DNA of 64,000 nt from Octopus sinensis (GCF_006345805.1 NC_043000.1:90582001-90646000); one strand, 5' to 3'. Shown: positions 1 through 14,335, counted from the stretch's first letter. The notes: a model not told the origin generated them from the sequence alone. Numbers and translations are program-made.

Positions 1-17
1 TGTCGTTTAAGTCCTTC

Positions 18-139
<122 letters not shown>

Positions 140-855
140 GGAGGAGTCAAAATTCCCGAACTATAAATATGCAGTTGGTGAAACTACTAGAAGCCATTAA
201 ATTTTGCTCACAGATCGCAATATGCAGTCAGACTTCATGATTTTCGACTCATCCCATATGAACTCTATGTGTATGTACATGTAAACGAATATACTTATAT
301 ACAAATACAACCTGCAAGTGGAACACTAAAAATATGCAAGACTTCTCTCAAGTTTAGATGAAAGATTGTTTTGTTATCTATATTCCAACGACGAAACTTT
401 GTAACTTTGTTAGAAACCTTCCTCAGTGGAACAATTTAAATAAAAAAAAGAAGAGAACATATATATATATATACGTACATGGACATATACAAACACACGC
501 ACACACATTCATATATAATTTCTGATGTTAAAACCTTTTGACCACAACATATAGGCACTTAGTTAACTACATAAAACTGTATATGCCGAAACTCATAAGT
601 TTCAAAGTACATGTGTTTCTGATACAGAAACTAATGACGAAACCATGTTTACCTGCAAAATGTTTCATATATCAATACTAGAAGATAATATATATCATTC
701 TCTCATTATAGTGTTCTTTATAAATTCTTAAAATTAGAGTGTTTCACGTTGCCGTAAGAATCTAAAAAGAAAGAAAAATGTTTTATAGACATAAATACAA
801 AGAAAAAAAGATGTCTAATCGATCGGATGATTATTTCAAAATTAAGCATTTAAAC

Positions 856-1167
856 CAGAGGTTCTCAACCATTTTTACTTATGAACCCCTTTGATTATTA
901 TTTTATTTTGATGGACTCCTAGCAATTCAACGTTTAAAATCTAGTTTTAAAGAAATTTATTTCAAAATTATTATTTACCTTTCGCACATTAACTTGTGTA
1001 GGTTGAACTATGTAAAATGTTAGAAGGGAGCTTGTTTCTTGCAATACATACCAGTACATAGATCTAAATACTATTGTGAATCCTGAATTTACTATTTTAT
1101 TGTGTGGACCTCTCAAATTCTTATATGAGCCCTCAGGAACCATGTGGGCCCCGGTTGATAACCACTC
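856..1167. mobile_element. Non-autonomous hAT (Charlie-like) MITE
   Basis: Imperfect terminal inverted repeats CAGAGGTTCTCAACC / GGTTGATAACCACTC resemble hAT-Charlie CAGTGGTTCTCAA termini; no 8-bp TSD retained. Confidence 0.6.
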
Positions 1168-1810
1168 CGAAAGAATAAATGGAAAAGCCCACTACAGCTT
1201 TTCCTTTCATTATTTTTCCCGGCGCTCTGACGACTGCGTCATTTTTTTTGTAAATCACTCATTCTCATTTAATTGTTTATTCATAGGTTTCGTCTCATTC
1301 GATACCCTAACCCCAATGTTTGTTTTGTCTGTCCTCGTATCGTCCCCTCTTTTTCTCAACCTCATGGTTAATAAAGAAATTGACTGTACCAAGTCGGCAA
1401 CTTTTCTTTCTAACGAGTAATTTAAGAAAAACATAGAGAAAAGAAATGGAATCGAAATACTTTAAAAGCGAAATGCAAGGAAAGCTTTTTCTTGACAGCA
1501 GGTTATCGATGGAGTTGATTGATCAATAAAATTAAAGAACTAATAGCAAAGAGTACATATTGTAAGGATAAATAGCAGTATAAGTGGTATATCTTTTCGT
1601 GGTATTTATACTAAATCATTTATTTTTCTATCTGAACAAACGAGATTTTAAATAAGATTGCTTTTGTTTATGAAGTGATTCTTGCTTTGACTCACAATTG
1701 AAATGAATCAGCCTAGTTGATCGTCTGGACGAATAAAAACCAAATGGGAGGCGTGTTTACGTGTATGAGTGCGATGTGCGTGCTTGTATATAGGTGTATG
1801 CGTGTACATA

Positions 1811-2204
1811 TCTATTATATAAAATCCGTACTGTCTGTCTGTGTCTTCTAGGATTTCGGGCATCCTCCATCCAATTGCGCTCAAATTTGATATGTAGATA
1901 CCGACGGTATCAGGGCGTGTATAAGTCTTGAAACAATTACAAAAATCGATTCCAGGTGAGAATGCGATCGATAAAGCCGTTTGTAAAATTTGTAAAATCT
2001 GTAAAATTTGTAAAATCATTTTTCTTGGAATCGAAAAAGTCTATCTTTATTTCTTCTTTTGCTGGTGTCTCATATTTAGGTTAAATCAGTGTTTCTCAAA
2101 ATGGAGGCCTATGGGACATTCGGACAAGTTGTTTTGAGAAACTTTGGTTTAAATGTTTGACAACTTAGCACCGTCCATTGGACGGGGGGGGGCGTTTTGC
2201 ACGT
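1811..2204 (+). mobile_element. Helitron/DINE-like non-autonomous repeat, 5' part (copy 1)
   Basis: Begins A|TCTATTATATAAAA with an internal (CTGT)n; closely similar copy at 6275. Confidence 0.5.
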
Positions 2205-2540
2205 ATATGTATATATATGTATAAGTGCATCTGTGTGTCTGTATATGTGCGCATGCACGCACTTCCCACATGTGTGAGAGCCAGTTCTAGCGTCAGTATT
2301 TGTGCATGTGCGTATATGTGCTTGTATGTGTGGTTGCATGCTCAAATGTGTTCCATACGCGTGCAATGTTTGCTTGTTTGCACACCTGTCTGCATGTGCG
2401 CATATGTGTGTGATGTGTGTAATGTATACGTGTGTGAACCTGTGTTTGCGTATGTGCTTACATGTGCAAGTGGAGGCATGCACATGCGCGTTTATATACT
2501 CGCGTATATTTACACACCAAGCGTGTATGTGTGCACATAT

Positions 2541-2889
2541 TCTTTTATTCTTTTATTTGTTTCAGTCATTTGACTGCGACCATGATGGAGCACCGACTTT
2601 AGTCGAAGAATTCGACCCCAGGACTTATTCTTTGTAAGCCTAGTACTAATCTTATCGGTAACCGCTAATTTACGGGGACCTAAAGACACCGACATCAGTT
2701 GTTAAGCGATGATGGGGAGATAAACAGACACACACGCACATATACGATGGGATTCTTTCAGTTTCCGTCTACGAAATCCACTCACAAAATTTTGGTCGGT
2801 CCGAGGCTATAGCAGAATACACTTGCCCAAGGTGCCACGCGGTGGGACTGAACCCGAGACCATATGATTGGTAAGCAAGCTACTTACCA
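2541..2889 (-). mobile_element. tRNA-derived SINE family A
   Basis: Reverse complement of the family-A sequence at 15998 and 30471: GGTTCAGTCCC B-box, CACCTTGGGCAAGTG core, tail GCAGTCAAATGACTGAAACAA. Confidence 0.9.
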
Positions 2890-4024
2890 TGTACATTTCT
2901 GTGTGCATATGTGTGTGTGTATGTATACGTGTGTGTATGTTTGTACATGCGTGAGGATTCCTGCCCATGCGCGTATAATGTTTATGCGCTTGCATATTTA
3001 CATATGTGTCTACACGTGTGTGACGTGAATTTGTATGTACACATACACATATATATATATATATACGACTGTGAGAGAGGTGAATGCGTGGTCATTTGTG
3101 TGTGTGTATGTGTTCATGTGTATATGTCTGTGTGCGCGCGCACGTGTGTGTGTGTGTGAGAGAGAGAAGGGGAGAGGGTGAGAGTTTTTGTGTTTCTCAA
3201 TTTTTCGTTTACATTAAAAAAATATTAATCAAAGTACGAAGAGGTAACACCATTCTCAGTATCGACAAAACAAGAACATTGACAGACCCAACAACAACAA
3301 CAACAATAAAGAACTAGCTGCATTAAAACAACAGCAACAGCAACTACAACAGTTAAACAACGACAACGACAATAACAATAACAAGAACATTAGCAAAAGA
3401 TGATAATTAATCAGATTGTAATTTTTTTCTTTTGTTTTTAATTTTACGATGTCATCAGTGGCTAAGGATTAATGACAGCTAATACTAAATTGTCGTAAAG
3501 ACTGACCTCTGCCAATGAAAGCCAGCTTTTTCCGATAAATCTTAATGCGCTCGATTATATTACGGTTTAACGGTTTAACTCATTCTGGCCTATTGACGAA
3601 ACGTTGGGTTAATTGGTAAAAGATTTATGCATGCTATAAGACATACATACGTACATACACACACACATACATACACAAATATATAGGTACATACATATAT
3701 ATAAATAAAAACCTTTGACTCTGCAACACTGTGTACTTGGAATTCTGTACTTGGAATGACCAAGTTTAAATACTGGTGGATCTCACTCATAAGTTATTGG
3801 AATCTTAAATTGTCTATAAACTCTATATCTGGAATGACCCATTTTAAATTCTGTTGGATTTTACTCATAAGGTATTGGAATCTTACATATGTACCATAAT
3901 GCCTAAAAAATGGATCAACAACTTCAATATCCCTACATATCTCACATCTATTTTCTTTCCTCCGCCTTAATCTCTATTTTGTATCCTATCTAAATTAAGT
4001 ATTACTTAACCATCCTCTCACACC

Positions 4025-4076
4025 GTCTCCGATGAAGGGATATAATTAATAAACATCCTGGAAACACCTGTAAGAC
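4025..4076 (+). ncRNA. Type I hammerhead ribozyme motif (U4C core variant) in a Penelope pLTR-like repeat
   Basis: GTCT-CCGATGA-A-GGGAT[loop]ATCCT-G-GAAA-CA-CC-TGTA-AGAC: helix I GTCT/AGAC, helix II GGGAT/ATCCT, helix III ACA/TGT, GUA cleavage triplet. Confidence 0.7.
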
Positions 4077-5328
4077 ATTCTATCTATAAATGTTCTAATA
4101 TCTACACAGCCTTGATTTTTTTTGTCTTATTACGCAAAAAATTCTTACATGCACACGCTGACATATGACCAAAGTTGAACCCCTTATTCGCAAAATTCCC
4201 AAACCTGGAACTTAACTATTGTCTGTCTATAGCACTTACTCAGCATTACCTTACACCTTTAGGTCTCAATGACACCGTTACCTCTTATAACCTCAATACA
4301 CACACGCGCGCGCACACACATACACACAGAATTCATGGCCGGCAAAACTCCGTCGATAATTATTGCCTGCAATGTTTGGTCTGAAAGGACTCTAAGGTGA
4401 CAGAGATAGACGTACGCTGTATTTGAATAACTCTATAACAAAGATTAAAGTCAAATGCGTTCGAAATATTTCCTGATAATGAATGAAACAATATTGTATT
4501 TGCTGAGTTTCTCAAGGGACATTCGATGTGTGACATAGTAGATTTTGTCCAACGGAAGCGACACTCATAGTTACTCTTTTACTCTTTCACTTGCTTCAGT
4601 CATTTGACTGTGGCCGTGCAGAGCACCAAAAATCAAGATGATAAAAGGATAATCGTCAACATCAGCATCCATTACTTTTGCGATATTTTAAATGATTATG
4701 AGGAATCTGATTGGACAGAAATTTCGAGTTTTCGTGCATGGAACACAAGATTAATGTATTTTTTAAAAATTGGGTATGATTCTTGTTGAAGGATCGAACA
4801 ATTTCGCTCTCTTCGAATTTTAGCCATTTTAACGTTTTTTTTTAATAAAATATTTTCCCGTGAGTGTCATGCAATTTTTTGAACCGCTAAAACTATCAAA
4901 TCTATCATCAATGCTTGTAGAATTTCGAGCCTCCTTATTCTGGATAATGTGGCATCCGCATTCATTGCTGATGCTGTGAAATCAACAAAACCACATTTGG
5001 GGTCGATATTAGCAGTGGAATTTAAATTGTTGAGGAATGATTAATTTTTGTTAGAAAGAAGCGTATCGTAGATGTGGATGTAATTTAGCTTTGTGCTGTG
5101 TTGTGCGCATAGTCTTCGTCGTTAATTGCCTATTCTTCTACGTGTTATTTACTAACGTTTACTAATCTAATTTTGTTGTTGTATTGTATGAAATAGCGAA
5201 TTGCAATTGCAACTTGTAAACGCATGGCAATCCGGTGCGAAAGTCTGATAATCCAATGACTAATAGAATAGTTGAGTTTATAACTTTGAAGATTGCAACA
5301 AAGTTTGTAAACCCTATTGGCTGTTACT

Positions 5329-5646
5329 GGGAGGCGCAATGGCCCAGTGGTTGGGGCAGCGGATTCGCGGTCGGAGGATCGCAGTTTCGATTCCTAGACC
5401 GGGCGTTGTGTGTGTTTATTGAGCGAAAACACCCAAAGCTCCACGTGGCTCCGGCAGGGGTTGGTGGTGACCCTGCTGTACTCTTTCGCTCCAAGTTTCT
5501 CTCAATCTTTCTTCTTGTTTCTTGAGTAACGCTGCGATGGACTGGCGTCCCGTCCAGCTGGGGGGAACACATACGCAACAGAAACCGGGAAACCGGGCCC
5601 ATGACCCTGGCTAGGCTTGAAAAGGGCGCATAAATAAAAATAAAAA
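5329..5646 (+). mobile_element. tRNA-derived SINE family C with V-SINE-like 3' region, full length
   Basis: A-box TGGCCCAGTGG, B-box GTTTCGATTCC, A-rich tail; 13-bp TSD ATTGGCTGTTACT at 5316-5328 and 5647-5659. Confidence 0.92.
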
Positions 5647-6274
5647 ATTGGCTGTTACTAGTAATTTCACGTGGTTTACTGGTTTGTGTTTTTTCTAAAA
5701 GCTTTTACGTGCGTTCTTGTTTAGACAACAGATGCATTCTTTTGCAGTGTAAAAAATCAAGTTGCATAAACAATTATAACTGAATCATCGAATGGTCATC
5801 CATGTTATTTCACTTCCTTGGCATTCTACACATACCCACAACAGAAAACAGAGTAGTAACAACACATAGAGAATCTTTATACACAAGGTATCAATAAGCA
5901 ATAAATAATACTTTACAGAGAAGATAAACTATTTCAAGCATCATATTTTAGCATATATTCCCTCTATGAATTCGCTGAATTGGTAGTGTGTCGAACAAAA
6001 TGCTTTGCGATATTTGGTAGCTTACCTTTTTTTACAGTATGAATTTAAATTCTGCCGAGATCCCCTTTACTTACATCATTCCAGGTTCAATGAAATAAAT
6101 ATCAGGTGTGTATTGGATCGATATTAACAATTACACAGAACCATTAAACTTGAGGTCATGTGCCTACCTTAGAAGTCATTGCATAATTTCTCAAATCAGC
6201 GTATTGATCAAGTTTTAATTTTATACGATACAAAAAATATGTATGCATGCATGCATGCATAAAAAAATATATAA

Positions 6275-6644
6275 TCTATTATGTAAAATCCGTTCTGTCT
6301 GTCTGTGTGTATGTCTTCCTGGATCTCGGGCATCCTCCATTCGATTGCGCGTAAATTTGATTTGTAGATACCGACGGTATCAGGGCGTGTATAAGTCTTG
6401 AAAAAATGACAAAAATCGATTCCAGGTGAGAATGCGATCGACGAAGTGAATAAAATCGTTTTTCTTTGGAATAGAAAAAAAAGTGTATCTATTTCTTCTT
6501 TTGCTGGTGTCTCAAATTTAGGTTAAATCAGTGTTTCTGACAGGGGAGGCCTATGGGACGGTCGGACAAGTCGTTTTGAGAAAATTTGGTTTAAATGTTT
6601 GACAACTCAGCACCGTCCACTGGACGGGGGCGTTTTGCTCGTGC
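6275..6644 (+). mobile_element. Helitron/DINE-like non-autonomous repeat (copy 2)
   Basis: Co-linear with 1811-2204, same TCTATTAT start. Confidence 0.5.
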
Positions 6645-6892
6645 AAATATATTACGAAATGCTAAATTAGTTGACGTATTGGCCCGGAAAGAGTATCTTT
6701 TATTGACGCATTGGGATAAATAACTCAATAAATATCAGTAACAGATGGCATATGTCTTGTAGCGTTGGTGAGAATGTTAGATGCACATTTGTTGTTTTGT
6801 TAATTGCATGTATTAACTGACAACTGCATCCTAAGACAAAATCTATGGTCAATCATATAAGAAAACAGTAATTGAAAAATCACTGGTATGTG

Positions 6893-6986
6893 TGTCATTG
6901 CTCAGTTTTATTTCAAGATTTCTTGCCAATAGAGAAAAAGTCAGCTTTTAACCGAGATCCAAGGCTCCTTCAATGGAATTTCAATA
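6893..6986 (-). mobile_element. 3'-terminal fragment of an R4/Dong-like LINE family
   Basis: Reverse complement matches 45645-45738 and resembles the 3' UTR of the RLE LINE at 55598-55700; flanked by TATG repeats. Confidence 0.55.
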
Positions 6987-7081
6987 TGAATGTATATATG
7001 TATACATGCTTGTATGTATGTATGTGACTATGTATGTATGTATGCACGTATGTATGTATGTGTATGTCTATGTATGTTGCC

Positions 7082-7370
<289 letters not shown>

Positions 7371-7824
7371 ATGAAACCTTCTTAAGTTACATAGACTTTC
7401 ACTTATATTCAGTCACACATTCCAAAACACAGCCCATTCACAAGCACTAAGAAAACACTATTTTACGTGGACTCATTAAAATTCAGCCTTTTACTCGCGA
7501 TTCACATATTCCTAAATTATTTCTCAGACATATGAAAATGGATACACAAACACACCGCACGAATATACAAAGACAAACACACAAAAATACATACATATAC
7601 ATAAAAGTACACACTTCACACGCATCGTTTGACTAAACTATATTTACATACACATAAACACACACTCATATATATGTATATATACACACATATCGATATA
7701 CATATGTATATGTTTGTATATATATATATATATATGAACATCTGTACATATGTATGTGTGTGGGCGTGGGTGTTTATATATGTGTTACATATATATATGC
7801 ATCTGTCTGTCTATCTATCTATCT

Positions 7825-7861
<37 letters not shown>

Positions 7862-7918
7862 ATCTATCTATCTATCTATCTGTATGTATGTATGTATGTA
7901 TGTATGTAGCTATCTATC

Positions 7919-8011
<93 letters not shown>

Positions 8012-8345
8012 GTGTGTGCATGTATGTATGCATATATATAGGTATACACATAGTGTGTATGTATGTATTTATATATATGTGTGTATGCATGTATGTATGT
8101 ATATATGTATAAATGCATACCACAAACATTCAGACACACAGCACGACCACGCTTATTTCGCCCGGTGAACTTTAAATATGGAGGGAAAAAAAAAACTTCA
8201 ACATGAAAAAAAAAAAAAAGATGAAAAATAAAAATGAAAAAAAATGACGACAGAGAAAGTTAGACTAGAGAGAGAAGTGGTGGTGACGGTGGTGGGAGCG
8301 GCGGCGCTTTTGTTCAGATATGGTAATTTATATTGTATCATGCAG

Positions 8346-8449
8346 ATGAGGCTTGTGTTAATGCTATTGACGAACAAATATTCCAGCAGGGGAATATTCT
8401 CACACACAGAGAACCACTGAAAGATCTAAAAAGTTCAAAAGAACAGAAT
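8346..8449 (+). other. Candidate internal coding exon of an unidentified host gene
   Basis: Unique sequence flanked by catgcAG and GTAAGC; one frame open (xDEACVNAIDEQIFQQGNILTHREPLKDLKSSKEQN); polypyrimidine tract weak and no recognised homology. Confidence 0.25.
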
Positions 8450-8602
8450 GTAAGCTTTTGTGTGGAGTCACCTGGAAGTGATCGCACATGATCAATAGTG
8501 TATTGATCCGATCAAATCATTGGATGAATTGGTTTTGGAAAATAAAATAAAATAAAATAGAATAAAATAAAACAAAACAAAACAAAAAAGTAAAAAAATA
8601 TA

Positions 8603-8647
<45 letters not shown>

Positions 8648-9030
8648 CACGGAAAGTAAAAATAGAAAAAAAAATATGTAAAAAGCGAACAAATGTTTTC
8701 ATATTGTTAAATTGATTAATTTAAGCTTTTTTTGTTTTTTGCCTCAAATTTTTTTTTCAAGCATTTATTTTTTTTTATATTTCTGAAAACGAGTTTGGTT
8801 AGGGGTGAAATATTTTCACACTTTCTACTATATGGTATATTTGTTATCGACTAAATAAACCGGCAAATTTTGTCAGCGCCAGTTTTTACATGTCTATTTT
8901 TTTGTTATTTAAAAAAAAACGTTTGTTACAAGTATACATGCACACACACATGTATAAACACACACACACCACACACACACACATATATATATATTATTAT
9001 ATATATATAAGATGTGTGTGTGTGTGTGTG

Positions 9031-9075
<45 letters not shown>

Positions 9076-9194
9076 CACGCACATACATACGAATATATGC
9101 TTAGTAAACACAAACAGGCACCCTGTATATACATACATATATTATACCCATATATATATATATATATAAATGCGTATATATTTATACATGTATG

Positions 9195-9225
<31 letters not shown>

Positions 9226-9255
9226 TATATATGTGTGTGTGTGTGTGTATATTAT

Positions 9256-9291
<36 letters not shown>

Positions 9292-9423
9292 CACGACATA
9301 CATACGAATATATGCTTAGTAAACACAAACAGGCACCCTGTATATACATACATATATTATACCCATATATATATAATATATAAATGCGTATATATTTATA
9401 CATGTATGTATATATATAATATT

Positions 9424-9472
<49 letters not shown>

Positions 9473-9985
9473 GTAGTCTCTTATATGTTATTCAGTCTTA
9501 TGGCTTTCAACTTTGTTTTTTATTGTACAGCTTTTTTTTTCACACAATCAACAATAACACCGTGTAGAATAAATAACATTCACACCAAAACAAAAAGTAA
9601 CGAAACAAAGGTAAAGGGGATAAAAAAACAACAACACAGAAGGAAAACAAAGGACAAGTTTAATATCATATTTCGGTTGTAACTAGAATATTTAATTTTT
9701 GGCTGTTACAACAATAGAGTATAAGAGGTGACCGGAACGAAAAAGCAAGCTGACTAAATGCACCTTCCTGTATTTCGTCACAACTAACAAGGTTTCAAGT
9801 TCAACGCCTAACAAAATGGATTTAATCATTAAAATAATAATCCTTTCTATTGGAACAAGGGCTGACATTTTAAGGATGGGCTAGCCGATTATTACAATTC
9901 CAGCGATTGTGTTGCACATTGGCCCCACAAGGATGATCGAGGAAAGCAGACGTCGGCAGAATACAAATTTAGAAAGCAATGCAGG

Positions 9986-10376
9986 AAGAAATATATATTT
10001 CCTCACTACCCACAAGGGGCTAAACACAGAGGGTACGAACAAGGAAAGACAAACGGATCGTCGATTATATCGACCCCGAAAGGATGAAAGGCAAAGTCGA
10101 CCTTAACGGAATTTGAACTCAGAACATAACGGCAGACGAAATACCTATTTCTTAACTACCCACAAGAGGCCGAACACAAAGGGGACGAACAAGGACAGAC
10201 AAACGGATTGTCGATTAAATCGACCCCTGTGCGTAACTGGTACTTATTTAATCGACTCCGAAAGGATGAAAGGCAAAGTCGACCTTGACGGAATTTGAAC
10301 TCAGAACGTAACGGCAGACGAAATGCCGCCAAGCTTTTCGCCCGGCGCGCTAACGATTCTGCCAGCTCGCCACCTT
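9986..10376 (-). mobile_element. SINE family B (Nin/Deu-domain-like), dimeric body with one tRNA-like head
   Basis: Motif GTCGACTTTGCCTTTCATCCTTTCGG present twice; head GGCGAGCTGGCAGAA...GAGTTCAAATTCC. Confidence 0.85.
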
Positions 10377-10422
10377 ACCGCAAATAAGAAAAGAATAATT
10401 AAAAAGTTGTCTTTTAGGTAAA

Positions 10423-10980
10423 GGCGTGGTTGTATGCTTAAGAAGCGACCTCTGCAACGACGTGGTTTTTGGGTTCAATCCCACTGAGAAACTGTACGGC
10501 ACTTTGGTCTCGGACAACAAATACTTTGTGAGTGAATTTAGTAGAGGGAAACTGTGTGGAAGTCCGTAGTATGTATGTATGTATGTATGTATGTATGTAT
10601 GTATGTATGTATGTATGTATGTATGTATGCATGTATGTATTGCGTGGCACCTTGGGCAAGTGTCTTTTAATATAGCTTCGGGCCGACCAAAGCCTTGTGA
10701 GTGAATTTGGTAGACGGAAACCGAAAGAAGCCCGTCGTATATACGTATATGTATATATATATGTGTGTGTGTTTGTGCGTCTGTGTTTGTCCCCTCAACA
10801 TCGCTTGACAAGTGATGCTGGTGTGTTTACGTCCCCGTAGTTAGCGGTTCGGCAAAATAGACCGATAGAATAAGTACTAAGCTTACAAAGAATAAGTCCT
10901 GGGGTCGATTTGCTCGACTAAAGGCGGTGCTCTAGCATGGCCGCAGTGAAATGACTGAAACAATTAAAAGAGTAAATGAG
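10423..10980 (+). mobile_element. SINE family A, degenerate head plus a second near-complete body
   Basis: Family-A body and tail at 10641-10980; diverged head at 10423-10570. Confidence 0.85.
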
Positions 10981-10991
10981 TATATATATAT

Positions 10992-11024
<33 letters not shown>

Positions 11025-11479
11025 GTATATTCTGAATTTGTGTAAAAGCGTATAGAATAATACATCAATTGATTAAATAAAGTTAAAATGGTCTGATTTT
11101 CACGCTTTTTATTATGGTATTTAAACAAATTTTTATTTACAATGTTGAAATGTGTTAAGCACTAAAAAATATTATGTAATGTTTATAAAGTTCAGTTAGC
11201 GCTTTCATACGTTCGCAATAATCATCAGATTTCAAAATGTATTTTACTGACAGTTAAGTTCATGTCGACTGTAGTAAAATGACTGACTTCTTCCTTTTTG
11301 TATCTCTTAGAAGGCTCCAACAAGCCGAATTTTTGGAATCCAGTTTTGACCAATTTGCATGCCGGGCCCACTGATAATACTGGCATAGATCCTGCCTCTA
11401 TTTTAACCAATTAGCTTGCGGTTTACATGTAATGGTTTTACGGGTGAGCAAAATTAGGACTACTACTACCTGCTACCAG

Positions 11480-11569
<90 letters not shown>

Positions 11570-11572
<3 letters not shown>

Positions 11573-12135
11573 GGTGTCCCAAACAAATGTATACACATTT
11601 TAGCTGCTGATAACTCAATTATTTATTCTTTCTTATAGACTGAACCCATTGAACCGAGTGATGGCAGCCAGACTTGACTTTGAAGAAAGGAAATTTATTC
11701 TAAAATGCTACTGGAAGTATGAAAACGCAGTAGAAGTGCAAAGACAATTTAGGAGGGAGTTTAACAAAGAACCAACAACATGAGTTACCATCACTCGAAT
11801 TAGAGATAAGTTTGAAGCTGATGGAACTGTTCAGGACTCCATAAGAAGCGTTCCGGAAGACCACACGTACATCGACAAGCCCCACAAAAAAGAAAGATTA
11901 CTGGAACTTTTCAACGAAGTCCAAGAAAGTCTTTGCGGCAAACTAGTCGTGAGATAGGCATTTCAAAATCATCTGTCCATCATCGCATCATGAAACGTTG
12001 TCATGGAGAAGAACATGCGATAACAGACAATAGAATGATTTTGTAAATTCTTTTACATGTTGAAAATTATTCGAATATAATAAAACCCCAATTTACAATT
12101 ATTTAAGGTGTTAACACTTTTTTGGGACAACCCTG
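11570..12135 (+). mobile_element. Internally deleted Tc1/mariner-superfamily transposon, copy 1
   Basis: TA-flanked TIR CAGGGTGTCCCAAA; disrupted N-terminal HTH transposase sequence; indel-ridden duplicate of 12253-12818. Confidence 0.88.
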
Positions 12136-12161
12136 TATATATTATATATATATATATATTA

Positions 12162-12252
<91 letters not shown>

Positions 12253-12818
12253 CAGGGTGTCCCAAACAAATGTATACACATTTTAGCTGCTGATAACTCA
12301 ATTATTTATTCTTTCTTATAGACTGAACCCATTGAACCGAGTGATGGCAGCCAGACTTGACTTTGAAGAAAGGAAATTTATTCTAAAATGCTACTGGAAG
12401 TATGAAAACGCAGTAGAAGTGCAAAGACAATTTAGGAGGGAGTTTAACAAAGAACCAACAACATGAGTTACCATCACTCGAATTAGAGATAAGTTTGAAG
12501 CTGATGGAACTGTTCAGGACGTCCATAAGAAGCGTTCCGGAAGACCACGTACATCGACAAGCCCCACAAAAGAAAGATTACTGGAAACTTTTCAACGAAG
12601 TCCAAGAAAGTCTTTGCGGCAAACTAGTCGTGAGATAGGCATTTCAAAATCATCTGTCCATCGCATCATGAAACGTTGTCAATGGAGAAGAACATGCGAT
12701 AACAAGACAATAGAATGATATTTGTAAATTCTTTTACATGTTGAAAATTATTCGAATTATAATAAACCCCAAATTTACAATTATTTAAGGTGTGTATACA
12801 CTTTTTTGGGACACCCTG
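12253..12818 (+). mobile_element. Internally deleted Tc1/mariner-superfamily transposon, copy 2
   Basis: TIRs CAGGGTGTCCCAAACAAATGTATACAC / GTGTATACACTTTTTTGGGACACCCTG with TA flanks; from 12344 reads MAARLDFEERKFILKCYWKYENAVEVQRQFRREF...*...[20 protein letters not shown]...[26 protein letters not shown] (DUF4817-type HTH); catalytic domain absent. Confidence 0.9.
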
Positions 12819-12884
12819 TATATATATATATATATATATAATATATATATATTATATATATATATATATATATATTATTTTAAT

Positions 12885-13258
12885 TTCTTTTGTTTCAGTC
12901 GGTAGAATGCAGCCATGCTGGGGCACCGCCTTGAAGAACTATCGACCGCAGTCCTTATTTTTTATTAAGACTGGTACTTATTCTATCGGTCTCCATTGCT
13001 AAACCTTTAAATTACGGGGGCATAAACACACCAACACCGGTTGTCAAGCAGTGGTGGGGATGGGGAGGAAGCACAGACACAATGACACACACACGCACAC
13101 ATATACGACGGGCTTCTTTCAATTTCTGTGAAACAAATCCTTTCACAAGGCATTGGTCGGCCTGAGGTTACAGTAGAAGACACTTGCCCAATGCGCCTTG
13201 CAGTGGGACTGAACCTGGTACCATGTGGTTGGGAAGCAATCTTCTTATCACATGGCCA
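12885..13258 (-). mobile_element. SINE family A
   Basis: Reverse-complement match to family A. Confidence 0.85.
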
Positions 13259-13585
13259 ACAAAATCATGTATATCTGTAGGCATTCAAAGTTATATATGT
13301 ATATAGGTATGTATATGTGGGTTTGTCTTTTTCCCCCTCACTGCCTGACAACCGATGCTGGTTTGCTTACGTCCCTCTTAATCTATCACTTAAGCAAAGA
13401 CTTTTAAAACATAAGTATTGGGCGGGGAAGACGATTTTTTCGACTAAACTCTTGAAGGTGGTGCCCCATCATGGCCGCAGTTCACTGCTTGGAACAAGTA
13501 AAAGATAAAAGAATATATTGAAATATTTAACCACAAACGGAAGTTCTACAAGCTGTATCAAATTCATAGATTCTCGTTGAATACC

Positions 13586-13609
13586 AATAACAACAACAAC
13601 AACAACGTC

Positions 13610-13643
<34 letters not shown>

Positions 13644-13662
13644 GCAACAATAGTAACAACAG
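13586..13662. repeat. (AAC)n microsatellite
   Basis: Direct reading. Confidence 0.95.
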
Positions 13663-14101
13663 CCACAGGAAGAATTACAACAAATGTAGCAATACCGAAA
13701 CATTGTGTGAATGCATTAGTAATATTTCCTGCCTCCTCATTACAGAGAAATGCAATGATTCACTTCTTAAAAGGAGCCAAAAATGAAAGTGTGGACGTAT
13801 TGAATTATTAGAAATATGGATCCAATAATCGCAGACTGGTGTTTTGGCGCCAACAGGGACATTACCGTTTATCGGGGCAGTAGTACTTCAAGAATTCGTC
13901 AATATTTCATATAATTCTGTATTCCTGCGGGGCTGCTTAACCGAAAAAAACAAACAAAAAAAAGAAAGAAAAGAAAAAGGAACAAAAAAACTGAATAAAA
14001 CAAAAAAAAACATCAAAAGCTACGACAGGAGCATAAAAAACAACAGTAAAACAACAGCAATTACAAGAACAGCAACAAGTACAATGTATATTAAACAGCG
14101 G

Positions 14102-14335
14102 AGTGGAAGATAGTTGGCATAGTGGTTAGGATGTTGATTTCATGAACATAAGATTGCGGTTTCGATTCCCGGACCGGGTGATGTGTTGTGTTCTTTAGCA
14201 AAACATTTCATTTCTCCTTGCTTCAGTCGACTCAGCTGCCAAATAATGAGTAAATAAGCGATGGGTGGTCCGAGATTGGGGTATAAATATGTCACAAAAT
14301 CCGAATAACCGGCCTTATGAGCCTATGACTCGAAG
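14102..14335 (+). mobile_element. Degenerate SINE family C (58998-type)
   Basis: TGGCATAGTGGTTAGG ... GGTTTCGATTCCCGGACCGGG head and diverged tail. Confidence 0.7.
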
